From the NCBI GenBank assembly GCA_910577335.1, contig CAJTMJ010000016.1:15842-79841 (forward strand): 64,000 nucleotides of DNA. Direction: 5' to 3'. Shown here piece by piece: positions 9,406 through 18,759 of this stretch. Each line of letters starts with the position of its first letter. Positions within the stretch are counted from its first letter, which is position 1. A program made the position numbers and the translations under genes. The notes under the pieces were generated by a model. The model worked only from the letters and a program-made list of their open reading frames with translations, did not search any database and was not told the DNA's origin. The stretch is from an uncultured Duncaniella sp. Lineage in GTDB: Bacteria; Bacteroidota; Bacteroidia; Bacteroidales; Muribaculaceae.

Positions 9406-11268
9406 TTATTTTTTGAGAAGCTTGTCATTGAACGCACGGAGTGTGTCGAGCACGTTGCAGCGTACATGTACGAAATCATTTATGCCGATAGCCTTGAGGT
9501 CATCCATGCAAGCGGGAGCACCTGCAACGACAAATTCAGCACGTCCGTTGAGATATTTGAATGCTGCGGGAGCAAGTTCTGCGTATTCATCATCGCTTGA
9601 GCAGAGAACCACGATATCAGCACCCTTTTCAAGAGCTGCGTCAACGCCTTCCTCAACTGTGTTGAAACCGAGGTTGTCGATGATTTCATAACCTGCACAT
9701 CCGAAGAAGTTGGATGAGAACTGAGCGCGGGCAAGACGCATGGCAAGATTACCGATAGTGAGCATGAACACTTTCGGACGGTTGGAAGCTGCCTCGGTAG
9801 CAAGACGGAGGGCTTCGAAGTCGCTTGCGGCACGTTTGGTGGGAAGACCTGCAGTCTCACAAGCTTCATCATGATGACCACATCCGCAAGAGAGTGAACC
9901 GTTAAGGTTTACGATCTTGTCAGCTGCCATCTCATTGATGTTGGGGTACTGGTTGGTTCCGAGAAGGATTTCCTTACGACGGGCAACGTCAGTGTGGCGC
10001 TTTTCAGAGCTTTCACGTATTGCTTTCTGAACTTCGTCATCGTTGCAGCAAGCGAGGAATCCACCCTTGTCTTCAACTTCAAGGAAAAGTTTCCAAGCTT
10101 CCTTGGCTATGGCAACAGTAAGTGTCTCCACGTAGTAGCTACCACCAGCGGGGTCGATAACCTTGTCAAGGTGGCTTTCCTCTTTAAGAAGGAATTGCTG
10201 GTTGCGGGCGATACGTTCAGAGAATTCATCCGGACGTTTGTAAGGCATGTCAAACGGAGTGACAGTGATAGAGTCAACACCTGCAAGAGCGGCTGACATA
10301 GCCTCAGTCTGGCTACGAAGCAAGTTTACATGTGCATCGTAGAGTGTCTGGTTGTAGCGTGAAGTAACGGCATGAGCCATCATCTTACATGCGTTCTCAT
10401 CAGCGGGTTTGTATTGAGCCACGATTTGTGCCCAAAGCATACGTGCCGAACGGAATTTGGCAAGCTCCATGAAGAAGTTTGACGAAACACCCATGTTGAA
10501 TTTTATGCGGCTCGCTACCTCGTCGGCGCTGCGGCCTGCATCGGTAAGAAGTGTCATCCACTGTGAACCCCATGCGAGAGCATAGCCGAGTTCTTGGAAG
10601 ATGTATGCTCCGGCATTGCTGAGCATGTCACTGTCTACTGAAAGTACACGAAGCGCAGGAACATCCTTAACGGCATCAAGGATTTCGCAAGCCATGGCTG
10701 TTAGAGTGGCTGCGTCAAATGCCACACCTTTGCGAAGCGGTTTGCGGAAGGGGTTGAAGTCGATTGAGCCTTTGAATGTTTCAACACAGTCATGCTCCTT
10801 TACATATTCCACGAGAGCCTTGGCAAGCGGAAGCGCTTTTTTAACGCAGCAAGTGAAATTGACCTCCACAGCGGGTAGGTGGATATCTTTGAGAAGAGTT
10901 TCAAGAGTTTCCTTGGTGGGTTCTTCCACATGGAAACCGAGCGAAGTCACACCCTTGTTGAGCACATCGAGAGCCTTCTTGTTGGCTTCTTCGGGAGTGT
11001 CTGCAAGGATTTCTTGACGGGTGAGCCAGTCATTGTCGGTACGTGTACCGCGTACGTATGGGAATTCGCCTGGAAGTGAATTGGTGGTCTTGAAGTCCTC
11101 GATATCTTCCAGTCTGTACATAGGCTGGAGATTGAATCCTTCATTGGTGCGCCATACAAGTTTTTTATCAAACGGGGCACCCTTCAAGTCAGCTTCCACT
11201 TTGGCTTTCCACTCTGCAGTGGAAACCGGGGGAAACTGTTCAAACAATTTTTCTTTCTTTTCTGCCAT
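9406..11268 (-). CDS. mutA: Methylmalonyl-CoA mutase small subunit
   Basis: 620-aa ORF homologous to MCM but without the DxHxxG His. It ends 24 nt upstream of mutB on the same strand. Confidence 0.9.
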   Translation of the reverse strand: MAEKKEKLFEQFPPVSTAEWKAKVEADLKGAPFDKKLVWRTNEGFNLQPMYRLEDIEDFKTTNSLPGEFPYVRGTRTDNDWLTRQEILADTPEEANKKALDVLNKGVTSLGFHVEEPTKETLETLLKDIHLPAVEVNFTCCVKKALPLAKALVEYVKEHDCVETFKGSIDFNPFRKPLRKGVAFDAATLTAMACEILDAVKDVPALRVLSVDSDMLSNAGAYIFQELGYALAWGSQWMTLLTDAGRSADEVASRIKFNMGVSSNFFMELAKFRSARMLWAQIVAQYKPADENACKMMAHAVTSRYNQTLYDAHVNLLRSQTEAMSAALAGVDSITVTPFDMPYKRPDEFSERIARNQQFLLKEESHLDKVIDPAGGSYYVETLTVAIAKEAWKLFLEVEDKGGFLACCNDDEVQKAIRESSEKRHTDVARRKEILLGTNQYPNINEMAADKIVNLNGSLSCGCGHHDEACETAGLPTKRAASDFEALRLATEAASNRPKVFMLTIGNLAMRLARAQFSSNFFGCAGYEIIDNLGFNTVEEGVDAALEKGADIVVLCSSDDEYAELAPAAFKYLNGRAEFVVAGAPACMDDLKAIGINDFVHVRCNVLDTLRAFNDKLLKK

Positions 11269-11327
11269 GATTATGGTATTAAATATAGATGTTGCAAAAG
11301 GGTTAACTAAAGTTGATTATGCACGTG

Positions 11328-11335
11328 CAAAGGTA
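11328..11335 (-). promoter_or_regulatory. Candidate Bacteroidetes -7 box (TACCTTTG) for mutA
   Basis: Matches TAnnTTTG on the minus strand, about 60 nt upstream of the mutA start. Confidence 0.35.
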
Positions 11336-11626
11336 ACATGAAAGTTCCAAAAGTCAAAAAAAACGCCAAAGAAAATCACTCATTAGGTCTTGCATATCAC
11401 ATCACGCAACATTTTGTGCAATTTTAGGCTATAAAGATTGGAGAATATCTTTGATTAATAGACGGTTTAATGGTAAGGCTTAAACACTGGGTACATATTA
11501 ATAATGGAAGCGATAATAGTATATGATGCCTGTCGGTAACAATTATGCACCTTATAGTTAATAAATGCTTACCCCGCAAGTCCTATAATTTACCAAATCT
11601 ATATCCCGCATGAGATAATATCTTTC

Positions 11627-11634
11627 TATTTTTG
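11627..11634 (+). promoter_or_regulatory. Candidate -7 box (TATTTTTG) for the esterase gene
   Basis: TAnnTTTG match 60 nt upstream of ATG 11694. Confidence 0.35.
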
Positions 11635-11693
11635 CGGTAGGAAACCAATATATCATGAAACGTTTAACCGAATTCAATTTTAACTTTAAATAA

Positions 11694-12536
11694 ATGAAAA
11701 AGATATTTGTATTTTGTCTGCTATTTTCTAATATGATAGCTGCGGCACAGAGCAAAGTGGAGATGTTGCTTTGGGATGAGAATCCGGCTGACACTTCAGC
11801 TGTGAAGATAGAAGCCATAAGAGCCAATGATTTTACTTGCGACCCTGCCATAACAGCCTACGTGCCTAAGAAACCTAACGGAAAAGCAATAATAATGTGT
11901 CCCGGTGGAGCATACGCTTGGGAAGCTATGGATCATGAAGGACATGGCATGGCTGAATGGTTTAACAGTCAGGGTATAACATACGTGGTGCTTAAATATC
12001 GCCTCCCTCAGGGGAAATATGAAATTCCTTTGACTGATGCCGAACAGGCTGTACGACTTGTGCGTAGTCATGCTGCGGAATGGGGTGTCGATCCCTCTAA
12101 GGTAGGCATTATGGGCGCATCGGCTGGCGGTCACCTCGCTTCGACCCTTGCCACACATTATAGCAGCAAGGAAACTCGTCCCGATTTCCAAGTGCTGTTT
12201 TATCCTGTCATAACTATGGACCCAACATATACTCATGGCGGTTCAAGAGCCAATCTTTTAGGCGAAAAACCATCAAAAGAGTTGCAGGATAACTATTCAA
12301 ATGAATTACAGGTAACACCCGATACTCCTAAAGCTTTCATCATGCTTTCATCTGACGACGGTGCAGTGCCCGTGGCAAATGGTGTTAATTACTACATGGC
12401 GCTTCTTAAAAACAATGTCCGTGCATCGCTTCACGCTTATCCCGAAGGTGGTCACGGATGGGGTTACGGTGATGGATTCATCTACAAACACCAGTGGAAA
12501 GAAGAACTTGAAAAATGGCTTAGAGAAGAGATTTGA
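11694..12536 (+). CDS. Secreted alpha/beta hydrolase (acetyl/feruloyl esterase-like)
   Basis: 280-aa ORF with a signal peptide, a GxSxG nucleophile elbow (IMGASAGGHLA), and the PGGAY...VLKYRLP pattern typical of carbohydrate-esterase-type alpha/beta hydrolases. Confidence 0.8.
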   Translation: MKKIFVFCLLFSNMIAAAQSKVEMLLWDENPADTSAVKIEAIRANDFTCDPAITAYVPKKPNGKAIIMCPGGAYAWEAMDHEGHGMAEWFNSQGITYVVLKYRLPQGKYEIPLTDAEQAVRLVRSHAAEWGVDPSKVGIMGASAGGHLASTLATHYSSKETRPDFQVLFYPVITMDPTYTHGGSRANLLGEKPSKELQDNYSNELQVTPDTPKAFIMLSSDDGAVPVANGVNYYMALLKNNVRASLHAYPEGGHGWGYGDGFIYKHQWKEELEKWLREEI

Positions 12537-12592
12537 ATTAGATAATATATAGAGTTTTTTAAGGTAGAAAAATAGTTCGGTTATTGTAAAGA

Positions 12593-12635
12593 AAGGTGTG
12601 CTTCGAAGTGGTTTCGAGACACACCTTCATTTTTA
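12593..12635 (+). terminator. Intrinsic terminator after the esterase gene
   Basis: aaggtgtgcttcgaa ... ttcgagacacacctt (8+5 bp stem with a small internal bulge) followed by CATTTTTATT. Confidence 0.5.
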
Positions 12636-12652
12636 TTGTAATTTACAACCGC

Positions 12653-12733
12653 TATATAGAGCTACCTATATAAAGCTACTTACATATAAAGTTACCTATA
12701 TGTAAAGCTGTCTGAATTGTAATAGAGCTACGG
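12653..12733. repeat. Degenerate ~15-bp tandem repeat (tatata-a/g-agctac-like units, 4-5 copies)
   Basis: Read directly: tatatagagctacc / tatataaagctactta / catataaagttacc / tatatgtaaagctg ... aatagagctac. The region contains an 8-bp palindromic pair, tacatata/tatatgta. Confidence 0.4.
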
Positions 12734-12774
12734 GAAGGTATTCTGTGTATTCCTAAATTAATTTTTAGTGTTTC

Positions 12775-15700
12775 TTAAATAGATTCATTGTATTTTTTCC
12801 CATACTTTGCCTGATATTCCGACGGGAGAATTCCGAATTCGTTTTTGAAATACTTACGGAAAAGATTCAAGTTGTTGAAGCCTGTCTGATACGTGATTTC
12901 AGCTATGCTGAGCTGACTCTCAGTGATGAGTTGTGCGGCACGTTTCAATCGGATTATACGTATGAATTCTATAGGTGTCTTTCCGGTAATTGATACCATT
13001 TTCTTATAGAGATGCACACGGCTCATGCCAAGCTCACTGCTAAGTTCTTCAACCGATAGCTCGCTGCTGCTTAGGTTTTCCTCCACATAGCGGATGGCTT
13101 TTTGCATCAGTTTTTGGTCAAGAGGTGTGATATTGATCTTGCTTGGAGATATTTCCATCGGCTCTTTGTGGGAATCACGGCGGTGCTGGAGAAGATTTTT
13201 GATTCTCCGGGTGAAAATGTCGAGATTGAACGGTTTGGTGATATAGTCATCCGCTCCGCTTTCAAGACCTTTCAATTCATGTTCTTTTGCAGCTCTTGCA
13301 GTGAGAAGTATTACTAGTATATGTGATGTGCGGATATCATTCTTCACCAGACTGCACAGTTCGTTACCGTCCATCTCCGGCATCATAACGTCTGATACTA
13401 TTATGTCCGGCTGAAGTTCCGGTATGATATCCCATGCTTTTTTACCGTTGTCGGCTTCATGAACCACATAGTCATTTTTGAGACAATCTCTCATGAATTT
13501 TCGGAAATCGTCATTGTCGTCCACAATCAACACTACGGGACGCTTGTTGTCCTCAGCCACTTCCGTTGTCAGGACTGTTTTGTCATCGGATATTTCCACA
13601 TTCGGTTCCTCTCGTGGAATATCTTTCTTTTCAACTTCCGCAGCATCATCCACCTTTTTAATAGGTATGTTGATGATGAACACGGCACCCTTGCCGATAT
13701 TGTCACACACATAGATGGTGCCTTCGTGCAGGGTCACAAACTCTTTTACAAGATTTAATCCCACACCGCTTCCCGATGACTGGCGGCCACCCTTTTGCGG
13801 CACTTGGTAGAAACGGTCGAATATCAGCTTTTTATGTTCGTCACTGATGCCGCAGCCATTGTCTGCAACCTTGAGTTCAAGCATCTCAGGCTGTTTGTCC
13901 GTGGCGGGAATGACATCGATCGACACATCCACACGTCCACCGTCTGGGGTGAATTTAAATGCGTTCGAGAGCAAGTTCATCACTATCTTGTTGAGCTTGT
14001 CCTCGTCAAACATCATATACAGGCTCTTGACCGAAGAATAGAATGTAAGATTTATGTTGCGATGTTCGGAATATTCAACAAAGTTGTTGCATATAGTGCG
14101 CACGGTATCCACAATATCACCCTTGGTGGAATTAAGGCGGTGTCCTGCCATGTCGCTTTTGCGGAAATCAAGGAGTTGGTTGACCATCCCGAGAAGACGC
14201 ACGGCATTGTTGCGTGCCATTTCCAATTTCTCTTTCAGGTCTTTATTGTCGATGTTGTTTATCACATATTCAATCGGTGTGAGAATAAGTGTGAGCGGAG
14301 TGCGCAAGTCATGGCTTATATTGGTGAAAAAGCGCATTTTCATATCGTCAATCTCATGTTTCTGACGCGCTTCCTGCTGTATTCGGAGCAATTCATATTT
14401 CTGCTTCTCATTATGGCGCAGATATGCCCTCAGAAGCAGAATCACACATATAAATAGAATAAAATATATGATATATGCCACCCACGAACGGTAAAATGGG
14501 GGTGCTATTATTATTTTCAACTCTGCGGCTTCGTCGCTTGCGTATCCGTCATTGTTCACAGCTTTTACTTTCAGAATGTATTCTCCCGGAGCAAGGTTGG
14601 TATATGTGAGTTTGTTGGAGTTTGACACTGACCAGTCGGTGTCAAAACCTTCGAGCATATACATATAGGTGGTCTTTTCAGGCAATACATAGTTCATCGC
14701 TGAAAATGTCACGGAGAACACATTTTGGTCATGGTTCAGGTGTATCGCCTCGGTGAAATCGGGTGCCATATCCAATATGCGCTGACCGTCATATATGCTG
14801 TCAATCTTGACATCCCGGTTAAAGAGCTGCATGGAAGTGAAATGTACCTGCGGTGTCGAGGTGTCGTATTTCAGATTTGAAGGGTCTATCAGGCTTATGC
14901 CATTCACTCCGCCGGTCACTATTGTGCCAGATGAGTGGCGTAATATGGCCCTCGGATTGAAATCAAAATCATCAAGAATACTAAAGTCGTTATATTTTCT
15001 GTGTGAAAATGTATATTCCTGTGTGGTGGGATCGCTGTTGACAACTATGTGGTAAAGACCTTGCGAAGAGGTGACCCACATATTTTTGTCATTGTCTTCG
15101 GTGATGCCGTGTATTATCGACTGGTTCAACTGGCTTACAGGCGATATTATCATATCGTTCCTCCTGTCATATATGTTGATACCCTCGCGTGTGGAAACCC
15201 ATAGAAGCCCTCGGCTGTCCTCATATACCTGCACTAACGATGAATTGTTGAAAAAGCTCTCACCCTTGCGGTCGCCAAGTGTTTTTTCAAATTTTCTGGC
15301 AATAGGGTCATATATGAGGAGTCCGTAGGTTGTGCCCATGTATATGTTATTATCCATTGATATGCAGATTGATGCAATCTGCTCGCCGGCGTAATTTTCA
15401 TGGCATTGTGTGATGCGACCTGTTTTTGTGTCCATTCCGTACAGACCGTCGCCCCATGTGCCAATCCACAGGTATCCCGATTTGTCACATGCAAGTGACC
15501 AAATAGTAGTGTTGGCTGCAGAGCTGGGGTTGTTGCTGTCTAAAGTATGGTGTTGGAATGTTTTGCCGTCATACGACATCAGCCCGTGTTTATAAGTGCC
15601 TATCCATATTTTCCCATTATTGTCGGCTGTCATGCTTACTATAACGTCATACACTTTTGACGACGGATTTGTGCCGGGTAAATTGACTAATTCCCTTTGT

Positions 15701-16863
15701 TTTGTCTCTCGGGTTACCTTGATGATTCCGTTAGGCACACCTAAATACAGGTTCCCTTTCGGGTCTTCTGTGATGGAGGATACGTCGGGAACGAAATTAT
15801 AGTTGTTTCTGAATCCCTGAAAATAATCTGTGCGGAATCTGAACAGGCTCTTGTTGAAATATGAGATGCCACGTTTGAATGTACCTACCCATACGCCACC
15901 GTCAGTGTCGGCATAAAGGCATGTAACTCCGTTTTGACTTAGACTTCTTTCGTCAGACAGATCATTCTGGATATGTTCCACACTCATGTCTGACTTATCG
16001 ATTATATTGATACCTCCATTGTCAATCGTCATCCAAATACGTCCGTTGCGGTCAGTCACGATATTGCGTACACATTTCCCTGTCAGTTTGTTGGAACTTT
16101 CGGAGGTCAGATGAGTCCATTTCCCGTTGCTCGTGTTGTAGAGCCATGTAGATTGGTCGTTGTATATCCAATAATCGCCGTCATGGTCACAATGTATTTT
16201 ATAATTGTCACCTGTGTAGACCGGCAGATTTACTATATAATCGTTTTGTTGATCTATTTTATTTGAGCTGCGGTTTATATGGTCAAAATATCCGTTTGAA
16301 AACACCCTTACTATGCCGTTTGGTGTTTCGTACATACATTTAAGTGTGATGCCGGTATGGTTATTTTGTGGTATGAGTGTAATTGTTTTGTCATTTGCGC
16401 TATAATGAAGCATTTCCCTTTTGGATGTCTCCATCCAGAGATCCTTATTGGAATCGATATATACAAGGGTCGGAGCTTCGTTTATGCCATATTTTTCTGA
16501 AAGTATTTTTTCAGCATCAATAAACACCTCCTTTTTCGGGTCATAACATGAGTATTTTGCCGAACTGAAATATACCCATAGATAGCCGTTACAGTCTTCC
16601 TGAACATTGAGAGCGGTAACGAAAGGGAGCGAGTATGGATCATTGCTGTCTCTAAAAAAATTCTTGAAAGAATATCCGTCATATCGTGAAAGCCCATGCC
16701 CGGTGGAAACCCAAATGAATCCACGGGAGTCACGAGTTATGTGATTGATTTCATTATCGCTCAATCCGTCCTTTATGGAGAGGTGCATGAACCGTATGTC
16801 ATCGGTTGCTGTGGCACCTAATGATATTAGAAGTAAAAGGGTTGAAATTATAAGCTTCATCAT
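12775..16863 (-). CDS. Hybrid two-component system regulator (periplasmic beta-propeller/Y_Y_Y sensor, HisKA/HATPase, receiver, AraC-type HTH)
   Basis: 1362-aa ORF with a signal peptide and repeated propeller-like motifs. The H-box is FFTNISHDLRTPL. There is an ATPase domain, a receiver (VLIVDDN...DVMMPEMDG) and a C-terminal AraC HTH. Confidence 0.95.
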   Translation of the reverse strand: MMKLIISTLLLLISLGATATDDIRFMHLSIKDGLSDNEINHITRDSRGFIWVSTGHGLSRYDGYSFKNFFRDSNDPYSLPFVTALNVQEDCNGYLWVYFSSAKYSCYDPKKEVFIDAEKILSEKYGINEAPTLVYIDSNKDLWMETSKREMLHYSANDKTITLIPQNNHTGITLKCMYETPNGIVRVFSNGYFDHINRSSNKIDQQNDYIVNLPVYTGDNYKIHCDHDGDYWIYNDQSTWLYNTSNGKWTHLTSESSNKLTGKCVRNIVTDRNGRIWMTIDNGGINIIDKSDMSVEHIQNDLSDERSLSQNGVTCLYADTDGGVWVGTFKRGISYFNKSLFRFRTDYFQGFRNNYNFVPDVSSITEDPKGNLYLGVPNGIIKVTRETKQRELVNLPGTNPSSKVYDVIVSMTADNNGKIWIGTYKHGLMSYDGKTFQHHTLDSNNPSSAANTTIWSLACDKSGYLWIGTWGDGLYGMDTKTGRITQCHENYAGEQIASICISMDNNIYMGTTYGLLIYDPIARKFEKTLGDRKGESFFNNSSLVQVYEDSRGLLWVSTREGINIYDRRNDMIISPVSQLNQSIIHGITEDNDKNMWVTSSQGLYHIVVNSDPTTQEYTFSHRKYNDFSILDDFDFNPRAILRHSSGTIVTGGVNGISLIDPSNLKYDTSTPQVHFTSMQLFNRDVKIDSIYDGQRILDMAPDFTEAIHLNHDQNVFSVTFSAMNYVLPEKTTYMYMLEGFDTDWSVSNSNKLTYTNLAPGEYILKVKAVNNDGYASDEAAELKIIIAPPFYRSWVAYIIYFILFICVILLLRAYLRHNEKQKYELLRIQQEARQKHEIDDMKMRFFTNISHDLRTPLTLILTPIEYVINNIDNKDLKEKLEMARNNAVRLLGMVNQLLDFRKSDMAGHRLNSTKGDIVDTVRTICNNFVEYSEHRNINLTFYSSVKSLYMMFDEDKLNKIVMNLLSNAFKFTPDGGRVDVSIDVIPATDKQPEMLELKVADNGCGISDEHKKLIFDRFYQVPQKGGRQSSGSGVGLNLVKEFVTLHEGTIYVCDNIGKGAVFIINIPIKKVDDAAEVEKKDIPREEPNVEISDDKTVLTTEVAEDNKRPVVLIVDDNDDFRKFMRDCLKNDYVVHEADNGKKAWDIIPELQPDIIVSDVMMPEMDGNELCSLVKNDIRTSHILVILLTARAAKEHELKGLESGADDYITKPFNLDIFTRRIKNLLQHRRDSHKEPMEISPSKINITPLDQKLMQKAIRYVEENLSSSELSVEELSSELGMSRVHLYKKMVSITGKTPIEFIRIIRLKRAAQLITESQLSIAEITYQTGFNNLNLFRKYFKNEFGILPSEYQAKYGKKYNESI

Positions 16864-16880
16864 TGATTGGTTTTGTATCG

Positions 16881-16888
16881 CAAAATTA
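16881..16888 (-). promoter_or_regulatory. Candidate -7 box (TAATTTTG) for the HTCS gene
   Basis: TAnnTTTG match on the minus strand, 18 nt upstream of the HTCS ATG. Confidence 0.3.
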
Positions 16889-17095
16889 ATTAAAATAATC
16901 TCTGAAACCTTATGCTGATAACATTTATTAGATTATTGAATGTTATCTTGCTGAAAGTATAAACTATTGATGGATAATAATGTATAAAAAATAATTAACA
17001 AAAATATAGCTATTTGATAACATTGTTAAAGGCCGTTTTAACCAATCTCCCTCATTTGTATATTATGGTAGGTTCATGGTTTTGGCAACAAAAAC

Positions 17096-17103
17096 TAACT
17101 TTG
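17096..17103 (+). promoter_or_regulatory. Candidate -7 box (TAACTTTG) for the GH43 gene and downstream PUL genes
   Basis: TAnnTTTG match 28 nt upstream of ATG 17131. Confidence 0.4.
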
Positions 17104-17130
17104 CGTATAATAAATGGAACTATTGTGTTT

Positions 17131-18717
17131 ATGAGAAAAAAAATTGTATTGTTGGCAGCTTTTTTTGCTATGATTGTTTCTTCTGCTGAGGCGAAGGATA
17201 CTTTTCGTAACCCCATACTCACGGGTATGAATCCCGATCCGAGTATCTGTAGGGTGGGTGATGATTTCTATCTGGTCACATCTACTTTTGAATATTATCC
17301 CGGACTCCCGATATATCACAGCAAGGATTTGGTGAACTGGAAACTTATCGGACATGCGCTTTCTACACCAACGAGCAATCCTCTTAAAGGTGCCGGGACT
17401 TCCGGCGGACAGTATGCTCCCACATTGCGCTACCACGATGGGAAATTTTTTATCATAGGCACCAATTATGGTGGTGAAGGCTCACATGGCATTTCGATTG
17501 TGAGTGCCGAAAATCCTGCCGGACCTTGGTCAGAACCTGTATGGGTTGACCAATGGTGGGTTGACCCATCGCTCGATTTTTATGATGGTAAGACATATTA
17601 CCTGACCCCCGATAACAACGGCAGCTTTTTGCTTGGGACAATAGATGTAACCACAGGTAAAGAGGAGGGTCCGCGAGTTATGATAGCTTCGGGGCTTGGC
17701 GGCTCGTCTCCCGAGGGACCACACTTCTACAAAATCGGTGATTATTATTACATAATGTCAGCCGAAGGAGGCACAGGTTACGAGCATCGTGAGGTGATTC
17801 AGCGTAGCAAACATCCTTACGGTCCCTACGAGCCAAGCCCGTTAAATCCTGTGCTTTCAAATATGAATGTGCCTGACCATCCTTTCCAAGCTATAGGTCA
17901 TGCCGATCTCGTGCAACTTCAGGATGGCAGCTGGTGGGCTGTGTGTCTTGGCATACGTCCGCAAAATGGTAAATACCAACATATCGGTCGTGAAACATTC
18001 CTCGCTCCTATAACTTGGAGTGCCGACGGATGGCCCAAAGTGAGCACAGACGGTGTGGTGAAGGAGGAATATGAACGCCCGAATCTTCCATGGCATCCTT
18101 GGGAAAAGGAGCCGGCACGTGATGATTTTAATGGCGAAAAATTATCTCTTCACTGGAATTTCCTGCGTAATCCATACGATAAGGACTGGTCTTTGACCGC
18201 CAATCCGGGACATCTTAGATTGAACGGCTCGGCTCTCTCGTTTAAGCAGAACGATTCACCGGCTTTTGTGGGTCGCCGACAAACATCCCTCAACGCTGAA
18301 ATCTCTACTAAAATGTCATTTAAGCCTGTTGCCGAAAATGAGGAAGCCGGTCTTGTTATACGAGGCAATGACAAAAACCATTACGATTTTCTCGTCACAA
18401 AACATGATGGCGAAAAAGTGGTGATGATGCGCAAATATCTCAATGACGAAGTGGCTGAGGTGAATTATGAGCCGATACCTGACGGTGATGTGATATTAGG
18501 TATAAGCGCCACCCCTGATGAATATAGTTTCTGGGTAAAGGACAATGAGGACAGCCCTTCAAAACTTGTAAGTAAAGCGTCAACAAAAAATCTCTCTAAT
18601 GAAGTCATATCCGGCTTTACAGGTGTTTACGTCGCTATGTATGCTTCCGGTAATGGTAAGGATAACACAAACCCTGCGGATTTTGACTGGTTTGAATTTG
18701 TGGAAAAAGATAAATAA
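17131..18717 (+). CDS. Glycoside hydrolase family 43 (beta-xylosidase/alpha-L-arabinofuranosidase type) with a C-terminal beta-sandwich domain
   Basis: The N-terminus after the signal peptide, FRNPILTGMNPDPSICRVGDDFYLVTSTFEYYPGLPIYHSKDLVNWK, is classic GH43. I chose ATG 17131 (MRKKIVLLAAFF... signal peptide) rather than the TTG at 17014 listed in the ORF track. Confidence 0.9.
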   Translation: MRKKIVLLAAFFAMIVSSAEAKDTFRNPILTGMNPDPSICRVGDDFYLVTSTFEYYPGLPIYHSKDLVNWKLIGHALSTPTSNPLKGAGTSGGQYAPTLRYHDGKFFIIGTNYGGEGSHGISIVSAENPAGPWSEPVWVDQWWVDPSLDFYDGKTYYLTPDNNGSFLLGTIDVTTGKEEGPRVMIASGLGGSSPEGPHFYKIGDYYYIMSAEGGTGYEHREVIQRSKHPYGPYEPSPLNPVLSNMNVPDHPFQAIGHADLVQLQDGSWWAVCLGIRPQNGKYQHIGRETFLAPITWSADGWPKVSTDGVVKEEYERPNLPWHPWEKEPARDDFNGEKLSLHWNFLRNPYDKDWSLTANPGHLRLNGSALSFKQNDSPAFVGRRQTSLNAEISTKMSFKPVAENEEAGLVIRGNDKNHYDFLVTKHDGEKVVMMRKYLNDEVAEVNYEPIPDGDVILGISATPDEYSFWVKDNEDSPSKLVSKASTKNLSNEVISGFTGVYVAMYASGNGKDNTNPADFDWFEFVEKDK

Positions 18718-18759
18718 TAGTATATAAATCAGTTCTATACATTAAAATTTGGAATAACC

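Noticed and set aside
11269-11693. Possible cobalamin riboswitch or sRNA in the 425-bp gap upstream of the B12-dependent mutase genes
   Set aside because: I could not find a B12-box-like core or a convincing conserved stem architecture by eye. The mutase uses B12 as a cofactor and is not a typical riboswitch target. An Rfam scan would settle it.
11558-11851. 97-aa minus-strand ORF spanning the esterase promoter and start
   Set aside because: It overlaps the 5' end of a well-supported secreted esterase and its promoter box. It has no recognisable motif or plausible start context.
17014-17130. N-terminal extension of the GH43 ORF from a TTG start (the ORF track start)
   Set aside because: The extension (MITLLKAVLTNLPHLYIMVGSWFWQQKL...) has no signal-peptide character. 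It contains the candidate -7 promoter box at 17096-17103. A classic signal peptide begins at Met 17131.
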